Notes: generated by a model not told the origin, from the letters alone. A DNA stretch of 64,000 nucleotides from Eledone cirrhosa (GCA_964016885.1 OZ024745.1:117986001-118050000), one strand, 5' to 3'. Counted from the stretch's first letter, positions 48,041-62,554 are shown. Numbers and translations are program-made.

Positions 48041-49070
48041 TCATTTTTTTCTGTTTAGCCTTGGCCTTCTAAGTTCTATTTCACTGACCTCTCTGATTTG
48101 CCTATCTGCTGGGTCATTTCTATGTTTAGATATTATTCTAATTTCTATGTTGTCTATGTTACCGTCGTGTTGTTGTCTGGCATGTTCGTATAGTACTGAA
48201 CCGTTTTTTCGTCCTTTTAGTTCCCCCCAGTGTTGGTCTATCCTTTCACCTATGCTACGAGCTGTCTCGCCTATGTATGTTGTTGTCATGTTTCTGCAAG
48301 TACCCTCTGTACATCTTATGCTATAGACTACGTTTCTAGTTTTACAGTTTATCCGGAGGTTTACCTTACATATGATACATTTCCTATTAGTAAAGTGGGT
48401 TTTCTTAAAAGGGTAGATTTTGCTGATCAGGGATTTTATGGTGGTTCCTGGCTTTTCTACCACCTTAATCTTTAAGTGGGTCTTTCTCAGGGCCTTTCTA
48501 CACTGGTTAGCTAATTTCCCTCCAGGGGTAGCGTCCACAAACATGACACTCTGGTATATCTGGTTGTCGTACCATGAGGTGGCTTTCCCTATCTTATGCC
48601 TAGCTCTATCTAAGCTATTCCATGATTTGCTCCTGTATAATGGGCAAATTCCTTTCATGTCCAGTTCTATGAGGATCTTATACTTCTCCGTGGCTCCTTC
48701 GTATACTCTGACTCTGTCTCTTTGGTTGTAGCCAGAGAACTGCATGCGGTTGATGAAGTGTTGGATGTGTCTTTCCATTTCTGTTGGGTCGCACATGCGG
48801 GACACGTTCTTCATCACTCGTACCAAGTGTGCGATCAGAATATTAAACTTAGCACTACTGGACATTGGTGAGTTTTTGAGTATCAGGTATTTCGAGGCTA
48901 TGGGTTTAGCATAGTGTGAGTGGAGAATTTGGGCTCTCTCGTCTATAGTGTTAATCCAGAGTTCCGTGTCTAATACAGGTAGTCTATTGTTAGGGTGTTT
49001 GGAAGGGTAGTCGATAGTTACAGTTATACTCTGCTGTATGGAATTAGCTATCTGCTGGATGCTTTCCATT
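48041..49070 (-). mobile_element. Penelope-like element: RT C-terminus + GIY-YIG, 5'-truncated with a terminal inversion
   Basis: Open ~340-aa frame: ITVTIDYPSKHPNNRLPVLD...HYAKP...SGY...CIIC...CKTRNVVYSIRC...YIGETARSIGERIDQH...RQIRE..EI....P.LNRK. Confidence 0.9.
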
Positions 49071-49289
49071 TTGCTACACCCTAACAATAGACTACCTGTA
49101 TTAGATACGGAACTCTGGATTAACAGAATAAATTATATTACCGATATAAAAGACACAGAAGCGAAAAGCGAAAACCAACCAAGTGAGTGTGTTCTGTTAT
49201 TAATTCTGGAAATATTACACAAATATGACCCTCCCCAAGTATAACAATATTTGTTTCGACACACGATTTCATATAAAAAAACCTCGCAA

Positions 49290-49370
<81 letters not shown>

Positions 49371-49654
49371 CAGGGGGGAAGAAAAAATGGCTTCACTTGT
49401 GCTTTCAACAAATTTATTTTCTTCACAAAATCCCAAAAGAATTTTTCTTAAAAAAAAATTATTTTATAAATTAAGTTGTTGGTTGTTGGTTAGGTCTTAG
49501 GAGTTCTTGGTTAACGTAGGAGGTATTGTTTCGTTTTTAGAAAGACCTTTCACGCTGAGGTGCGCTTGTCAAACTGATGTGTATGTGGTGTCTTAATATA
49601 CCTAACTGTATCAAGGATTAATATACCTAACTGTACCAAGGATTACACACATTT

Positions 49655-49699
<45 letters not shown>

Positions 49700-49744
49700 C
49701 ACACATTTAATATGTGAGGCATATTACCCTGCACACTCACAGGA

Positions 49745-49950
49745 TCATCATGGCGTAATATATATAAGACCATGGGAGTAAGGTTGGCCCTTGAAGAACA
49801 GCTGTTGTTCATAAATACGGGTCTTTCCTCTCCACGCCACCGATGTTGTCCAGGGGAAAAGCACCAGTGACGCCACAACGTTAAACAAAGGACACAATGC
49901 ATGACTGGGTCCGGGAATCACAACCTCACGATTATACACCCGACGTTCTA
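49745..49950 (-). mobile_element. Degenerate SINE related to 21395-21726
   Basis: Shared CGTCACTGGTGC...CGGTGGC(A/G)TGGA and TCCCATGGTCTT. Confidence 0.55.
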
Positions 49951-49951
49951 G

Positions 49952-50124
<173 letters not shown>

Positions 50125-50284
50125 TGTTGAGTATTTTGTGCAAAATGTTCGCGTAACACCAAGAGTAAGAGAACTCGTTATTTTGAGTTAAATGTAGTAT
50201 ATATTAATTGTTGGAAAAAATCTGAAAAATTGATCAGTGGGAGGGAGGATTATTCAAGACTTGGGAGTTTGTGTATTTAATGTT

Positions 50285-50472
50285 TGTGTGTGTATGTGTG
50301 TGAGATAGAGAAAAAGTGTGTGTATGTGTGTGAGATAGAGAAAAAGTGTGTGTATGTGTGTGAGATAGAGAAAAAGTGTGTGTATGTGTGAGAGAGAGAG
50401 AAAAAGTGTGTGTGTGAGGAAAGAGAGAAAAAAGTGTCTGTGAGAGAGAGAGAGAGAGAGAAAAAAGTGTCA

Positions 50473-50523
<51 letters not shown>

Positions 50524-50570
50524 TGTGTGTCTGTGTGTGAGTGAGAGAGAGAGAGAGAGAGAAAGTGTGT
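50285..50570 (+). repeat. 30-bp GT/GA compound repeats grading into (GA)n
   Basis: About four copies of GTGTGTGTATGTGTGTGAGATAGAGAAAAA. Confidence 0.9.
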
Positions 50571-50939
50571 GCATACAAGCAGGAATAGGAAATACAGCAA
50601 TGAAACCGTTTATTTTCAGCTAATAGATAATATAAATTCATTTTCGTTTTAAGTTTTCGCCAGGGGAAATATTGCAAAAGAAACACCGATAAATATCGGA
50701 ACACGAAATATTAGTTTCTGCTTTTTCAATTTCACATGTATTTTATTTTTAATCTAATCTCATTGGTTTTATTGAAATACTTTACTTTGAAAGGGAAAAA
50801 ATAGGAGGAAAGTAAAGAAATCATTTATAATTAAAATGTAAATCGTATTTTAGTAATAACCAAACACAAATGATTGTATTAAGAAGCGATCACTTTCTGG
50901 GAGTTTTACTCCATTTTCACGACTATTATTTATAGTGTG

Positions 50940-51133
50940 GGAGGTGGTGGATTGGCAGTATCGGCAGAGGGTCGGACGCCATGCTTTGCAGCAAAGAGTT
51001 ACAGCCCTTTATGGTCTGTGTTCAAATCCCGCAGAGCTTAACTTCGCCTTTCATCCTTGCAGGGTCGATAAAATAAAGTACCAGTAATACACTGGGATAA
51101 TTGTTGGCCTTGTGCCAAAAGTAGAAACAATTA
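50940..51133 (+). mobile_element. tRNA-derived SINE S1, full length
   Basis: Head, B box, core and tail CCTTGTGCCAAAAGTAGAAACAATTATT. Confidence 0.85.
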
Positions 51134-51387
51134 TTTATAGTGTTCGACTGTCTGTGAGTGTATTCTTGTAAGTGTGTCTGTGTTTGTGCGTTTATATTTA
51201 TATACTCATACATATAAATGAATGCATATGCACATACACACACTCACACACATATATACACATATGCACATACACACACGCACACATATACACATATGCG
51301 TCAGCGTGTGGAAAAAAAATCCAGTTTTTCAAATGTTAGAACTGGAACATATTTAATCGCCCCCTCCCACGCACACACATACACACG

Positions 51388-51427
<40 letters not shown>

Positions 51428-51528
51428 CACGCACACACACGCACACATACACATTAACCAGAAAGAATACGACATTTTGCTTATCGTAAACTTCATTATA
51501 GAAACAAAGGCTACGGTTGACTAAATTT

Positions 51529-51708
51529 GGTAGAATACCGGACAAAATGGTAGAATACCGGACAAAATGGTAGAATACCGGACAAAATGGTAGAATACCG
51601 GACAAAATGGTAGAATGCCGGACAAAATGGTAGAATGCCGGACAAAATGGTAGAATACCGGACAAAATGGTAGAATGCCGGACAAAATGGTAGAATGCCG
51701 GACAAAAT
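51529..51708 (+). repeat. 20-bp minisatellite x9
   Basis: Unit GGTAGAAT(A/G)CCGGACAAAAT. Confidence 0.95.
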
Positions 51709-53028
51709 GTTTGAGATATTTAGTGAGTAATGTATGAGGTAGGGCTATCGGGCTTGAACTTATGCTTTAATGTAGAAATGAACGGAATTCTGGGATGTGA
51801 ACCGGTGGGATTGCTGGAGTGTCGGGCGGGTTAACTTGCGGAAGTTATTCCAGATTTTCTTCGTTTTGAGCTCAAATGCCACCGTGGCTTACTTGGATAA
51901 AAGACTTAATCCATCGCCTGTTGCAAACATTTGAACCAGTCTCTGCAGCACTGAAAAGGTTTATGGACACCAACATTCCTCCTGTAGCAAGCTACTTTCC
52001 TTTGGCACATTGATACCCTTTCCGTACCTTGTTTGGCCAATCGCTACCAGCGTAGGGAAATGTATCTCAACTTCCGCCCAAATGAAGAAATTCCCGCTTC
52101 TTTTGATAAATTAATTCTCTTGCAGCTCGACCTCGTTAAGGTAACAACCATTTGTTTTTCCTCCGTAAACATCATTCCAAAATGTAACTACCAAACATTA
52201 CCGCGGCCTGGCTTCTCACTTCAGCCACTGGACCGTGTCTTCTCTTACAGATCTTAATTTGTTTGTTTCATTTCTTTTGGCACGCCAACCAACCAAACTT
52301 AATCCAGCTCTTCTCATCTTTGTTAATAAATCATATAAAAATGTTAATAAATCATATAAAAATGTTGTAACGTCTTATGATGCCTTTAAATGTGATATGG
52401 AAATATTCTTTCCAGAGTTATATTCACAGCAGAGCAACAGATTATGAGACTTACAGTAGAACCTCAATTCAACTTACATTTATTGATATTACGAACCATA
52501 CCTTTCCAATTACAAACAAACAAATACATTATTGTTACATATTCTGGTTATACGCTGCTAAAAGTAACACTATACTATTAAAATGGTGAATATGACATGC
52601 TGCTATACTGATAACATAATACATCATCCTCTTAAGTTATCAACTGCTTCACTGATAACTTCTATTGATACACAATACACAAATACAAATATTAGCATTC
52701 TCACATATATTTTATAAAATACTATCTTCACTCCTGACTAATATATAACGGTAGGGTAGGATTTAAGTATAATTTGATTACTGTATCTAGCAGCTCGAGC
52801 GAATATGCATAAGCTTTTTGTCGTTGGTTCGAAGTAAACTTGCTTACGGTTATTTAGCTCCAGAGCAGTACTGATCAAACAGACTTCTTATATGTGTCAT
52901 GTTCCGAGAGTGATTTGTATACCAGGAACTACATTGTTGATTATGTTCAATATATTTGACTGTTATTTCCATCAGGCTGATAGACCACGTAGAAGCGCTC
53001 TTTTTAAAAACCGAGATCAGCCTATGTA

Positions 53029-53223
53029 CAGGGTGGGCCAGAATTCATGACTCACTTGATTAGTTATAGATCTATTAACACAAAATAAAATTTAGAACCC
53101 CCCCCCCCCCAAATACCTGTGAGGCATATTAAGAAATAAAATAATAGATTAAAACAATGCAATAACAATAAAATAAGCATGTTTTGAAATATAACTAACA
53201 AGCGAGAATTTTGGCCCACCCTG
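53029..53223. mobile_element. Tc1/mariner MITE
   Basis: TIRs CAGGGTGGGCCA.AATTC / GAATTTTGGCCCACCCTG with TA TSD. Confidence 0.85.
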
Positions 53224-54974
53224 TACATTGACGTAACCTGGCACAAGGAAAAAACACTGTTATATAACGATACAACTGGTAGAGAACACGATATTATCGT
53301 TTACCAGAAAACAACTTCTCTCTCTTCTCTCACTGTGAGTTTCATTCCTTCAGAAAGGTGTAAGAGGTGGTGTAAGCTGTGAGATACTTCATATATTATA
53401 TGTATTTATATTTTCATTCTGTAATAAATATTCATTAAGTATTAAATATACTTAGGTTAGCTTTGCCTTTCATCCTTACGGGGTCGATAAAAGATTCTTT
53501 TGTCGTAGCTGTTTAGTGACAATACACTCTTGACAGGTGCAATGTGTCCAAACACGGAAAAGCCGAACTCCCACCGTCATCATTGCTTTACGGAGATGGT
53601 TGGCGTTAGTGGCAGTGTGATACATGTGTTAGATGCTGTTTCGGTTACATGTATAGATATAGTTACATAAGTTCCATTATGATAAAGATAGCTTGAAATA
53701 GCATTGATAGCTTGAAGTAGCGTTGATAAACAAGGCAACACAACTATAACACTATTTTCATAGAATTACTTGACCTTAACGGATATCTGCTTTTGTTATT
53801 TATTTCTATGTATGTGCAACTCTTGATATAAACCTGAATCCAAGCTGACTGTATAATCAGTATTGCCTGTCTCTGTGGCAACAGTGCCATCCATTAGTAT
53901 GTCCCAAAACTTTATAATGTTGCTCTGATCATTATCTGTCGTTCCTTGTATTTAAAGCGGATAAAGTTCGTAGGTACAAATATTGCTTCAAGACATCACT
54001 ACAAGATTCTACACTAAAAATTATAGAGACGGTGAGAAAGAGGTTAAACTACATTTCTTGCTTAGAAACCAAAAGTGGTAACAACTCAATGGACGATTGA
54101 GTGACAAGTGAAAAGAAAATAGTGATGTTTTTTATGTAGACTAAAGAAAATAAATATTTCTTGGTAACATCAATGCAGGTCGGCATCACTTGAGACAGAT
54201 CTACTATCGGAAAGTGCAGAAATCGATGTGATCTACAGTCGAGTCGACAGCAGATAGCTCTCAGCTTAAGCCGTATGTAAAATCTGAATAGATGTATAGC
54301 GAAGATTACTGGTCGTGTTGGTGAGTTGATTGTGTTATTGTGTTGATTCGTTTGTTGCGTGTGTGCTCACTTATAGCATGTCGTGTGGTGTGGTCACTGT
54401 TGAGTGGTGTGCAGGTAAGTGAGTAAGTGTTCAATAAGATGATGATGATATGATAGTTCCTTGATCATGCAGAAAATGAATATATATAAATGAACCACGA
54501 TGACACCAAACTGCTATATTATTAATTTTTTGAAAATAGCTCACGCCGAAGCTATACGAAAAATACACAAGAATTATATACGTTATTTGTTTGTTTGTAA
54601 AAGTAGAGTTAAAGTTGTATTTACCAAGAACATTTCATGAACTTTACTGGCTTGGTTAAGAGAGAGACCAAGGGATAGAGATTGAGTGAAAGAGAGAGTA
54701 AGAGAAAGTAAGAGTCAATATGAGCCAAAGGGTCTGTGGAAAGCAATAGTTTACATGTTTACTCTATCAAGAACCACTCCGAATTGCCTGGTCTGGTCTA
54801 AGACAGGCTATTTAACTATGTCGCTTCCTCTGTCTTGAAAACAAAGGGCTGATCTTTCGAGGTCGTCCAATCTCAGACCTGTTGACGCCCGAAACGAGAT
54901 AACCCAGGAAATGACCGTTAAATGTTACCCATGGGTCAGCATGTGGACAGATTTCGCTACAGATATATATATAT

Positions 54975-55290
54975 CTATCTATCTATCTAAGGCGGGTAAA
55001 ATTCCCGAGATCCATGGACGAGTTCTCTCCAGCGGTCTCTGTCCATCATTATCGCTGCCATATCCTGCATCTCCAACAGACCAGTGTCTGTCCTTAGGGC
55101 ATCAACATATGTTAACCTTGGTCTTCCTCTTCTAGTGTGTCCATGTAGGGGCTCCCAAAGGAGCACTGAGTGCAATGTCAACTCTGGATGTCGGTGAGCA
55201 TGTCCAGCCAACCTCAGTCTCCTCTGTGTCACTTTTGAGCTGACTTTTGGGATGCTCCCATTCAGTTCTGAGTTTTTCATCCTCAGTGTA
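54975..55290 (-). mobile_element. RTE-group LINE 3' end with (TAGA)n tail
   Basis: IPKVSSKVTQRRLRLAGHAHRH...LLWEP.HG..RRGRPRLTYVD...MMDRDRWR, followed by TAGATAGATAGA. Confidence 0.85.
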
Positions 55291-55327
55291 TACTGATTAA
55301 TGTTCATATATATATATGTGTGTGTGT

Positions 55328-55855
55328 GTCAGGTCGCTTTCGTGTGCTACTGGTAACATGTAACCCGTATAACCTGTCTCATAGTCGCGTCGTCGGCGAC
55401 TAAACCGACAACCCCACCAAGCTTGCTTGGGGAGGAGGGTGATATTTGGACACCCTGCGGGATGAAATACAAGACCCGGCAAAGGGCAGAGGAATTCAGC
55501 AGAGTAAACAGTCATCCAAATAGTACTCTTTTTTTCACCTGGGAGTGAAAGGCCCCCAGTTGTTATCACAAAACCTTTCTAGGAGAAGGAAACTCTGAAA
55601 AAGAAAACCCTACGGCTTTGGAAGCATCCGATGATGTTGACTAGTTCTCCTTTTCGGGTAGTGTTTTCGATGTTCAGAGAGTGGGATTGGTCAAGTGCAA
55701 GGGCTTTCCCCACTTTAAAAAAACCTTCAAAGCACAGGCATTGCTTGTTCAGGATATGTTACAGGTTCGTGTGGCTGGCCGTAGCCTAAAAGTGCACCAT
55801 TTTCTGTAATCTGACAAGCGATTGCAATACTCTTAGAAGAGTTTGAAGCCATCAT
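55328..55855 (+). mobile_element. Non-autonomous RTE-like retroposon, subfamily B
   Basis: Full-length match to 3776-4300. Confidence 0.75.
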
Positions 55856-55869
55856 GTATATATGTATGT

Positions 55870-55990
<121 letters not shown>

Positions 55991-56419
55991 ATATATCTCA
56001 TGAAATGATACAGCCAATTTTCTACACAATACAATTAGTTAGCACTCCGAACGTTTAATTAGGAATATACTCAGGTATTTCCTGAGTGAGCTGGAATTTG
56101 GCCGGAGTATCGCTTTTAGCTTTCTCCAATTATGTATTTATATATATATATATATATATATATAGAGGTTATCACATACATACAATTAAATTAAATATAT
56201 ATGATTATGTATATGGTTAATTATGCTGATTAGAAGAAGAAATAGTATATATTTTAATATCTGATTAATTCTATAGACATGAGTTATGATATATATATAT
56301 ATAGATAGATATATATATATAGATATATAGTAATAATGATAAATTTGAAGACTAAAATCCAAAGAGGGCTCGATAAGGGTAAATATATATCAAATATATA
56401 AGAACCGTAGAGCAAATAT

Positions 56420-56535
56420 TAATTAAAATAACAGATTAAAGTTTAAGCAAAGAATCGCTGCTTTCATCCTGAACGCGATCTTCTGAAACTAAGAAAAATC
56501 AATCTGTGAACGCAGAAGTAAATATTTCGAAAAAC
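56420..56535 (-). mobile_element. Helitron internal block
   Basis: Matches 5228-5336 and 58210-58320. Confidence 0.6.
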
Positions 56536-56666
56536 CAAGGTTAACAAATGATAAGAGAAGACCGACAGAAGAGAAAACGTCTGCATTGAATGCATTGTCT
56601 CTTTTATAGTGTGTGTGTATGTTTGTGAGTGTTTGTGTATATATATGTGTGTGTGTGTGAGTGTTC

Positions 56667-56698
<32 letters not shown>

Positions 56699-56728
56699 GT
56701 GTGTGTGTCTGTGTGTGTGTGAGTGTTC

Positions 56729-56760
<32 letters not shown>

Positions 56761-57405
56761 GTGTGTGTGTGTGTCTGTGTGAGTGTTCGTGTGTGTGCGT
56801 GTGCGTGTGCGCGTGCGTGTGTGTACGTGTAAACCACCGTTGAAATTGGAGACAGGCCGCGAAACACGATCATCACTGACAACGAACTCGCAGAGAGAAT
56901 CCCTTATGGTTGACTCCCAACCTGCTAGAAATAGCAGTCAGGTTGGTTAGCATACGTGGTATGTCTTTCTTCTTCTTTGGTGTTATAACATTAGTATCAA
57001 TAAACTTTCCTGGATATACTCTTATCCCAATCCTGTACATACTTTCCGATTGTCACTTTTCGTTTTTTTTCGTGTGATACGCGAAGGAACCAACCAACAA
57101 ACATCTCTCTTTTATATCTCTTTTATTTGTTCATTCAAAATATTTTCCAGCTAATTCTGTCATACTATATACATCAGCAATCGTTATCTAATGTTTAAAA
57201 CATATGAATAGCTGCGATATAAGCACCATATCAATCAAAAACGATATGAGAATTGAATACCATACTAAAGCGCCAGTAAGCTTGCTAAGAACCTGCAGAT
57301 AGAAATGTTAACAAAAACAACATTTGGCTTGGGTAAACTTTAAGATGTTCTTTCATTGTAGGTTTGTTTTCCCCTTCTCTCCTTACTCTCCTCTTCCTTC
57401 TTTAT

Positions 57406-57522
<117 letters not shown>

Positions 57523-57822
57523 GGCTAGGTTTACCGGTATTTTATCTTTTCAGGAATCCCCCCTCCACTCCAGTGCAAAGATACCGCACGCCCTCTCAAG
57601 TCAGCGATGGTCGGCGGGGGCGGGGGGGGGGGGGGGGGGGGGGTAACGTGCTCTGGTGTTGGGTTTGAATAGTTTTTAGGATTCCCCAGTTCAGCAGCCA
57701 GTACGTTAAAGAAAATTGATAGTTCCAACAATAAAGGTTAAACAGAGAACACATTTTTAAACAAACTTTACAATAATTTGTACAACCATAATGGAAATTC
57801 CAAGTAACAGAAAATACATAAA

Positions 57823-58598
57823 TTACATTGTTAGAGCCTCAGAGTATACAATATTTTTTGTTCGGCCCTCGGGAGCAAATATGAAGAGATTGTTTGGCGA
57901 GCTCACCCTAGAGCATCCTACATACAATTGACCATGGTTTTCTCAGATGAAGGCCAGCCACTTTTAGGGTTTGACCCTGAGCTTTGTTGATGGTAATAGC
58001 GAAGCTTAGTCTCTCTGTTGCTCTAGTAACATTTTTTTCTTCTGGAAAATCTGATCTTGGGGCCAGGCTAGGACCTTTTGGGTGGCATATCGGCAGTAAC
58101 AATGACGATAAGCCGTCTGTGCTTTCGTGAAATAAATACGTTTGTTTATATTTTGTTTTCGTGTATGCAAAAATATCTGTACACGAATATATAATTATAT
58201 ATATATATTAAAATAACAGATTAAAGTTTAAGCAAATAATCGCTGCTTTCACCCTTAACGGGATCTTCTGAAACTAAAAAAGTCAATCTGTGAACGCAGA
58301 AGTAAATATTTCGAAAAACGTTGCAACCGAAAGAAAACAGGAAGATGATACTTTGGTTCGTGAAGACGTTAGGAATGTCGTATAACCGGAAGTGATGACA
58401 TTTGAAAAATTTAAAGAAGTGTATATTTAAATAAACGATAAAATATCTTGAATCTTTTAACAAAATTTAGTAGACGAAAATACACTCACTTTCTTACTGT
58501 GGAAAAGTTACATCTATGGTGAAAATTTGGTGCCGTTTGGTCCAGCCATTTGGCGGAAAGTTTGTTACCTACATACGGCCGTCAGCTTTTAGTATAGA
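57823..58598 (-). mobile_element. Helitron derivative carrying the RepHel (Pif1-like helicase) C-terminus
   Basis: 57823-58012 encodes LSFAITINKAQGQTLKVAGL.../HGQLYVGCSRV...TKNIVYSEAL*. The 5' end a|TCTATAC is at 58598, and the internal block is shared with 5045-5740. Confidence 0.85.
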
Positions 58599-58608
58599 TA
58601 TATATATG

Positions 58609-58680
<72 letters not shown>

Positions 58681-59829
58681 CGGTGAAAAGTAAGAACGAA
58701 CAAAAACAAAAATAAGAGAAGTAAAATATGACACCAGTAATGGGATTAGTTTTTGAAAACGTTGGGTCATTCTCAGGGCGTTTCGTTAAACATTCTGAAA
58801 AATAAACGGTAAAAATTTATTGACTCACCTCACAACTTACTGAAAATTTACTATTTTATGGGGAGAACTTTACCTAACAGAAAACTAAAAAGGGAAAGAA
58901 AAAGGGAAAGCCTGCTCAATAATTTAAATTCGTGTCTTACTTTGTCTCTTAGCAGAAACTCTAGGGGTGTTCGTACGGATGGTGTCTAATATTATAGATT
59001 CTCAGTCCATGTCAATGGAAGCTGAATGTGCATTAAAAAGCTCTCTTCTCGACATAAACTAAATCTAATAACATCGCCAAAATGGAAATAACACTGCATA
59101 TGCGAATGGAAGAAAATTATTTTAAAACTAAAATCAACACAGAAACTCGAGATATTATTCTTACATAAGGTATATGTCCTTCACATGCGATTTATTAGTG
59201 AGACAACTTGCAACGCGTGCGAAAAATAAAATCCCAAAGTGAAAGTATAGGGAATAAATTCTTTTTCTTTTTCTGATCGGTCTCTTCTCATTAATTTTTA
59301 TATTGGAAATGCAACTTTATCCATATTTCTTTGTGTATTTGTCCTTAAACGAAATATTGATTTAATAAGATACAATATATTTGAAGGCATCATATCTTAT
59401 TATGGAAATGTTGTGCTCCAGAATTTGAAAGAATAGATACAAAAATCAGAACTCATCCCAGTTGAGTAGTACGGTAAGTTGAAAGAAAATAGGATCGCTG
59501 TTTTTATATTTAACACTCTTACTCGATTCAAGACAATTTAATTGAAATTTAATTCAATCGTCGGAAGGATGCGTTTTGCCCAACTTTCATGTTTTCTACT
59601 AAACACTATATAAACACATTTTAAAGAAATATATGAACGAAAACTAAATGAAATCTAATTTGAGAATATATGAAAAGAAACTGTGTATGGACTCGTAACT
59701 GCTGGTGGCTTTGAAGAGGCACCTAGTGACATACAGCGTTTCTTCCGCATTTTAAAAACAGGCAATTTCTTCCACAGAGAGAGAGAGAGAGAGAGAGATG
59801 GATGGATTTTGGGTGGGTTAGGTTAGGAT

Positions 59830-59997
59830 GGATGGGTAGATTAATTGGTGGGGAATATCGATTTCAGTACATTTTTATATCGACCTTGAAATGATGAAAG
59901 GCAAAGTTGACCTCGGTGGGATTTGAATTTAGATCGCAGAAAAGCCGGAACTAAAAACTCTATCTGACGTTATAATGCCTCTATCCGTTTGCCGCCT
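59830..59997 (-). mobile_element. Degenerate S1/S2-like SINE
   Basis: GATGAAAGGCAAAGTTGACCTCGGTGGGATTTGAA core. Confidence 0.65.
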
Positions 59998-60034
59998 CTT
60001 CGGAAGTACGATCTGTACATCTACGAACAGATAC

Positions 60035-62519
60035 TAGAATTCGAGCATATCTGCCTCTTCATCTGATGAGGTCGGTTTTTCGCAATATTCTGCCGCCCTG
60101 GATATGAGTCGTAGCAAGCATTTAAGATACGAGCTGAAATCTCTTGTCTTCAGATCACCGCTCCTCACAAACTCTTCAGGAAAGTGCTGCTGAAAAATTG
60201 TACACATCTGCTTAGGGTCAGATTTCACGTCCCCTCAGTGATCCGTCAGAGATCAAATTATGGCTCAGTAGTAGCGTTGTGATTCCGCCACCAGGGTCCG
60301 TTGAGCCGCTCTTGAAGCTTATTCCTTTACTGCACGTGCGCTAACCCGGACAACACATTCTTCATCTTACGCATCGAAGAAATGGTTGAGGGCCATTCTC
60401 ACCGCTAGGACATCAGTTGTGATGACGCTTATATCCGCTTCTTCTAAACAACTAACTAGATTTTTCTATACTTTTCAGTTTTCTATTGCTTACATCCTAC
60501 CAGTTGTGTTATGTGGTCTTGACTGTATTAATTGAACGACAAGGTCACTACAGAAACTTCCAGAACCTCATCATGAGACTTATGACTGGCAAGTGGCTCA
60601 GCGACCGTATCTGTATCAGTGAGCTGCTCAACATTACCAGACTTAGACCAATTACATCAATTGTCAAGTCAAGAGTACTCAAACTATGCGCCCATATAAA
60701 AAGATCAACTCGTGGTGTGAGTAGGTTATGCCAGGAAGGAAGGTTGGCTGGTAAGAGAAGCAGAGGCCGGCAGCCAAAACGATGGCTTGACAATGTCAAC
60801 TTATGGACTGGACTTGATCTTTGCTCTTTGAACTCTGCTGCTGGTGATCGAACTTTGTGGAGGTAGATATCACAGTCTGCAACTGGCGGAGTTTAGCGTC
60901 ACAAGAAGAAGATTGTTAACTCTTTGCTGAATCTTACTGATAACTATTCTAATTTCTTTTTAACGAAATGCGCCACCTCTTGTTTATAATCACCCACGTC
61001 AGTTTCCATTTGTCTAGTTCACTAATCCGGTCTCTATATGATTTCCGTGCCGAGAAGGCCGCGTTCATTTTCTAGTAACCAGGGCCTTGTCTATTAGTCT
61101 ATTCTAAGTTGTCTGTACAAGTCACAAATTTGTGGCCTGTATATCCCCTTGTCTGAAACTGAGGATGATTGATACTAAGTCAATCTGCTATTCTGACGAA
61201 AGCTCTATCTAAATACGACCAGAATGACTCGCTGTGATTTGTTCATGTCCACATTGGCGCATTCGGAAATCCAGCCGAAGCCTGTCAGACAGTTGAAAGT
61301 GCCTGAGCAGGTTTGTAAGGCTTTTGCATCCCCTGTCTTGTTGGCTACCCCTCATAATCCTGACGTATATCCAATATGCCGATCCAATTCGCCACTAATA
61401 CTAATGAGTGAATCTCTCCCTTCTGCTCACATCTACGACCACCAATCTATCCTCCAGGTCTAGGAAAACTGTTCTTACCGCTAGGTCAAGGCTTTTCCGA
61501 AAGAGCACTGCTACACTCCTACCGGGTCGACCACAAGAGACATAAGCTTTGTAGTCGTCCAGGAGCAGAGCTATTCAGTGTATCTTGGAAATCCTTCTCT
61601 GACTAATAGTGACCAGATCTAAACTTAGGACCCTGGGGTCACTGAGCAGACGACCCTGCTTCCATTTCCACCCCAGGCCACATACATTTATGAAACCCAC
61701 TCTGAGTATGTTCCTTCAAGGAGAAGAGGAAGAAACAAAAGCAAAATGGGAGTGGATCACTTACCCTGATTTTATGGCAATCTTTTTGGTAATCTGAAAC
61801 CTTAGGGCTGTTCCTCTTCTGTCCAAATAGCTCATGGAGCATTTTTGATTCAAGCTCCTTTCTAAAGTCTCCTACATCCCACGGAACCTTTCCAGGAGTT
61901 TCTCATAGACACCTGGTGTTGTGTGTATCAGGATGCGGTCAGCTTTTATTTTCACGAGGAATTCCTTTAATTCCGCTCCATTTGATATTATGTCTTTATG
62001 TTTGTTTAGGAAGTCCATTAACTCCAAGTTGTCCTTCTAGACAAGCGTGAAATTGCAGAGTTGTTTGTTGTGTAGGCTTCAGTGGATGTTGTTGTTGCTG
62101 CCAGTCATACACTGGGTCGATATAATCGACCCCCCCCCCACCCCCACCCCCAAAAAAATTGCTGGCCTTGTGCCTATATAAGAAACCATTGCTTCTGTAG
62201 TAATTTAACTTCTTGTGTATTATGTTACGTTTGGAATATGTTGGGTGTTGGATTATTTTCTTCGCCGTTTAGTCTGTTCGACTTCAGCCAGGGCCGTCCT
62301 CTTTTCTCTCTCACATTTAATACTCTCTCTCTCAGCAGAGATTCCATGTTGCGAGTAAGGAGTAGAGAGGTGTGTGGCTTCTTTTGAGGACTAGTCGAAT
62401 TGTGGTTCAGGGAGAATTTGTTGTTGTTGTTGTTGTTGTCGTTGTTGGTGGTGTTGGTGTTGTTGTTGTTGTTGTTGTTGTTGTGCTGGTGGTGGTGGTG
62501 GTGGTGGTCCTTCACCTCC

Positions 62520-62554
<35 letters not shown>

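Noticed and set aside
51900-52330. Possible Tigger/pogo transposase remnant (minus strand, ..RDWFK..)
   Set aside because: It is too degenerate to support by eye.
54180-54420. Possible non-coding exon ending CAG|GTAAGT
   Set aside because: There is only a single donor motif, with no ORF or partner exon to support it.
57823-58012. Host PIF1 helicase gene
   Set aside because: It is a short frameshifted fragment inside Helitron sequence and ends in the RepHel-type TKNIVY motif.
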